DNA from: Mantamonas sphyraenae STR306
Lineage: Eukaryota; Protista; CRuMs
Assembly (NCBI GenBank): GCA_026936335.1
Contig: JAPMXV010000029.1
Span: forward strand, 558,001-622,000
Length of the DNA stretch: 64,000 bases
Direction: 5' to 3'
A model generated the notes under the pieces. The model saw only the letters and a program-made list of their open reading frames with translations, ran no database searches and was not told the DNA's origin. Position 1 is the first letter of the stretch; each line of letters begins with the position of its first letter. Below, one piece after another: positions 60,101 to 64,000 of the stretch. The position numbers and the translations under genes were made by a program.

Positions 60101-62377
60101 GCAGGCGAAATCACCAGCGCCTTCAAGTGTATTCAACTCCTGTGCACAGATTTTCTCACCTTTGTCCCACGCACCTCTCTCGACGTCTGCGTCAGTGTCA
60201 TTGGCGAGTTTGGCCTGTGTCTGGCCGATCTCAACATCTCCCTCACAGCCGTCAACCTCCTCTGGACATTTGCCGACTTTATCCAACAGTGCGAACACAT
60301 CGCCATCAACGACAACGACAACGAATATGCCAACGTGCGCACGGGCAACTCACAAGACGATCAAGCCTCTCAGGCAGACCAAGCGCAGCGCCAGGATGCA
60401 AAGGTGGCCCCCTTTTGGCAACAGCTGTGGCTGCGTCTGTTCAACCAGCTCCAGACTCTGTGCCTGGACGAACGCTCAGAAGTGCGCAACTCGGCCATGC
60501 GCACGCTCTTCTCCACCCTCAATACACACGGAGGCGCATTGGACGCCGAGCACTGGAAGCAGTGTATGCGGGACGTGCTTCTGGCGCTGCCCCGCACTGT
60601 GGAACATCACGCTGCTGCACGTGAGAGCGACGACGTGGTAGCACCCGAGCTGGGCAAGGATCGTGGCAAGTCGGTGGTCATGCTCGTCCACCACTCGCGC
60701 AACACACAGAGCAAACAGTGGAACGAAACACGAGTGCTTGTCCTGGGCGGCGTCGTTCGTGTCGTAAAAACGTACTACGTCGTTCTTCGACAATTGGAGG
60801 GCTTTGACGAGGCGTGGAGCTCACTTATGGCCATGGTGCTTGCATCGGCCACCGATTTGGCTACGCGGGAACTGGCCATTGCCGGTATTCAAAGTCTGCG
60901 CGAGCTGATGGAGGCCAACACAGGTGACAACGGCTTCCCCGACGCTCATTGGCGCCAGGGCATGGATGCGTGGGAGCAGATTGTGCGTAGTGTGGCTCAG
61001 TCTGCGCAGACAACGCTGCCCCACGAGCGCCTGCTCGACTGCCTCATCGGCAGCCTCCACAAGCTGTATACATCCACCCGCCATAGCTTCTCTGGCCCCG
61101 ATGTGCTTGCTCTGATCCATTGGGCCACCACGATTTCTGTAATCTGCATGCGCGCAACCAAACCCCACCTGACCTCGCAGAACCAAAACGCGCTGCTTCG
61201 GCTCGTCGAAGATCTGCCTCCATTTGACGAGCGAGCCCTGGTCGACCACGAACTGGCCTACCACTTGTTTGATATGCTCACTGGGTTCACCACAGTCATC
61301 CAGGTGCCCGACCAACCTCCGGTGTACAACACAGCGTTCGCCGTCAAGGCGCTGCGTGTGATGTCCAACTCGTTCGCTCGCTGTCCCGCTCATCTGTGCT
61401 GGTTGCCCTTTCGCGACCTGGTGCACACGCTGGGCGACCTCGTACTCAACAAGTATGAGCCGGACAAGGTCACTCACGTGCTCTGGGCGCCTGCCCTGGA
61501 GACATACAACGATCTCCTTGAGTTTGGGTTGGAAACCGTGTGTTCTGTGCACAAACTTGACGCAGACGACACCCAAACCATGTGGACACGCATCCTGGAC
61601 ACCCTGGAGAGCTGTGTGTTCCCGGGTCCGAGCCAGCGCGCAGCTTGGGATCAGCTCGTGTCGGAAAGCAAAGACAAGGCCAAAGAACAGGCGCAACACG
61701 CATCCAGGTCCCCGTACGCGTGGATGGACGATTCGCCCAAGGAGGACCTGATCAGCATGGAGACACGCCTGCACCGACGTCTCATGGGGATTCTCGCCCA
61801 AACCATGATGACCACGGCCGTGCACATTGACAAGGAGGTGCAGGAGCGCCTGTTTGGCCTGTTTGTGCGCGGATGTGGCAGCAATTCGGATGAGAGCTCG
61901 CAGGAAGGGCAAGAGGCCCCGAACGCGGCCGTTGCCCAAGCGTCGTTTGCAGCGCTGATGCGACTCAGTGCTGCAGGCAGTGGCAGTGGTGGTGCAACAT
62001 TGCCGCAGCAAGACAGTGGAGACAGGAATAGTGAAGGAGCGAGTGCAGATAGCGTTGTTGTGCGTTCGATGCTTGTGATGCTGGGAGAAACTCGATCCCT
62101 ACTGCGGACGGCTCCGGGGCGGGAAGAAGAGGTTGTGTTTGTACTGAGCCAGTTGGGTCAGCTGGACACGCAATGGCAGACGCTGGTCACCGTGCTAGCT
62201 CTCCTGGACGACGTGTCCGAGGAGGAGCAAACACGCGACTGGTCTCGCTACGGCAGCAAGTCCCACGTGGCGTTTCTTTACCGAGACCTGTGTCTGCTTG
62301 TGGCCACAGGCAGCCAGGATGTGCGTGGAGCCGTCAGCCAGCTTCTGCTCGAGTTTGGTCAGGGTCTGGGGCTGTGA
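57192..62377 (+). CDS. MON2: MON2 (Arf-GEF-like endosomal scaffold), multi-exon
   Basis: ELRSLSLEARRKCPAVKEAAE, DLNISLTAVNLLW, DERSEVRNSAMRTLF, HHSRNTQSKQWNET. Confidence 0.9.
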
Positions 62378-62390
62378 GACAGCCGCGCTG

Positions 62391-64000
62391 TCAATCGGCG
62401 AGTGCCATTTCGTCCTCTGCATCGCTGCCGGGGCGTGACAACAGTGAAATGTACTCTGCGTTGGTTTCGGGCTTAAGAATGATATAAGCAAGGAGGAGGA
62501 GGAGAGCCACGACAGCAGGGAGCGCCACAAAAAGAGTGAGCCACGTGGCAATGCCGCCGATCTGGACCCACTCCACCAGTTGCAGGATGACAAGAAAGAC
62601 GTTGAGAGTGATGATGATCGTAGCACACACCCAAGCAAGTAGGGCGATGGTTCGGCTGTTCTTGAAGGAGCGCATGAGGCGAGCGCTGCCGGTGAAACGG
62701 ATGAGAGGAACAACAGCGAAAGGAAGCTGCATGGAGAGGAGCACCTGGGAAAAGATTAGTAGTTGGTAGGTGGCATTGTCTCCCATGATCATGATGGTGA
62801 TCATTGCCGGCAGGATGGCTACCGCACGAGTGACCAGGCGACGAAGCCAGGGCTGCATCTTCAGCTCAAGGAAGCCTTCCATCACATACTGTCCCGCCAG
62901 AGTGCCGGTTAGCGTAGAACTCTGGCCAGAGCAGAGAAGGGCCAGGCCAAACGCAATGGGGGCCACCTTGCTGTTGAGGATGACCTCGAGCAGATCATGC
63001 GCCTCTTGGATCTGCGTGACAACGTGGCCACGCGTCCAAAAGTTGGCTGCAGCTACAATGACAATGGAAATGTTGAGGAAAAATGCCACGTTGAGGGACA
63101 GAAAGGTATCGATGAGGTTGTAGCGGCAGGCCGCTGCCAAGTTGTCGTCGTTCATGACAAAGCGACGGGATTGCACGAGCGCGGAATGCAGGTAAAAATT
63201 GTGTGGCATGACGGTGGCCCCAAGCATGGCAATGGCTATGTACAGCGAGTCTGGGGTCAAGGAGGGCACGAGACCCCAGGCAATGCCTGTGAGTGAAGGG
63301 GAGCTGAAGAAAATCTCAATGACAAAGCAAAAGCCAATGACAGCCAGCAGACCAAATATGATAAACTCGAGCTTGCGCACACCAAACTTCTCCACGCTCA
63401 AGAAGATGAGCGTGTCGAGGGAGGTGAGAAGGACGCCGAGGAGCATGGGCACTCCAAAAATGAGGTTCAAGCCCATCGCGGTGCCCAGCACCTCCGCCAA
63501 ATCTGCGGGCCATGGTAACACGTGGAGGGGTCAGAACTACGACGACCAACGGCATAGTGCGGGTGCACACAGACTGCACTCACCTGTGGCGGCAATGGCA
63601 ACCTCGCAGAGAATCCACAAGGTGACACAGACCGAGTGAGAATACTCGTCGCGACAAAGGCGAGCCAGATGTTTGCCCGTGACCAGTCCCAGACGTGCTG
63701 CGAGATTCTGCAGCAGAAGGGCGATGAGATTGGACATGAGCAGAACCCAGAGAAGGGAGTAGCCGAAGCGAGATCCTCCCTCGATATCAGTTGCCCCTGG
63801 AGGTGAAGGCAGTGCACAGGAACACACGGGAAATGCACAGAGTGCTGAGTGTCAGCTGCGGATCTGTGAAAGGACTGAGGGACAGGCTGTGTGCACGTAC
63901 AGTTTCCTGGATCAGCGTCTGTGGGCCGTCAGCGACAAAGGGGTCAGAGTTTACGCGCCATCAAAGGGCACAGGGCTTCGGTGTGAGGCTCACGTACATG
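62391..64000 (-). CDS. NRAMP/MntH divalent metal transporter (5' end outside the window)
   Basis: ATDIEGGSRFGYSLLWV, LGATVMPHNFYLHS, GQSSTLTGTLAGQYVMEGF, SQVLLSMQLPFA. Confidence 0.93.

Noticed and set aside
1-64000. CRISPR arrays, tRNA or rRNA genes
   Set aside because: No regularly spaced repeat-spacer arrays or recognisable tRNA/rRNA sequences were seen; other repeats are simple microsatellites or poly-Ser/acidic codon runs

Overview
A gene-dense, GC-rich eukaryotic window with GT-AG introns and the standard genetic code. It is probably from a flagellated protist, since it carries SSNA1/DIP13 and CFAP36; the lineage cannot be fixed from this window. It holds about 35 mostly housekeeping genes: a PAK/STE20 kinase, SSNA1, glyoxalase-family, TauE, AKTIP, threonine aldolase, COQ5, SNAP-25-like, peptide deformylase, AFG3, cathepsin C, XPO6, ADAT2, DNAJA, PRMT5, CSTF2, carnitine acyltransferase, QCR7, cyclin C, eIF4A3, WDR46, TRAX, CFAP36, JAGN1, MON2 and NRAMP. 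The standout is a ~5.6 kb element (about 3264/3291 to 8872/8898) between the glyoxalase and TauE genes. It encodes one intronless 1686-aa protein whose C-terminus has a Fanzor/TnpB-type RuvC + Zn-finger module with the Fanzor-style rearranged catalytic triad (D1420, E1539, D1601). The ORF is bracketed by two ~187-nt inverted copies (~86% identical by manual alignment) of a sequence that folds with G-U pairs in the outward-facing orientation. These look like two outward-facing omegaRNA scaffolds, each followed by a different putative guide. No transposase or target-site duplication is visible. All protein calls come from motif recognition by eye, not database searches.
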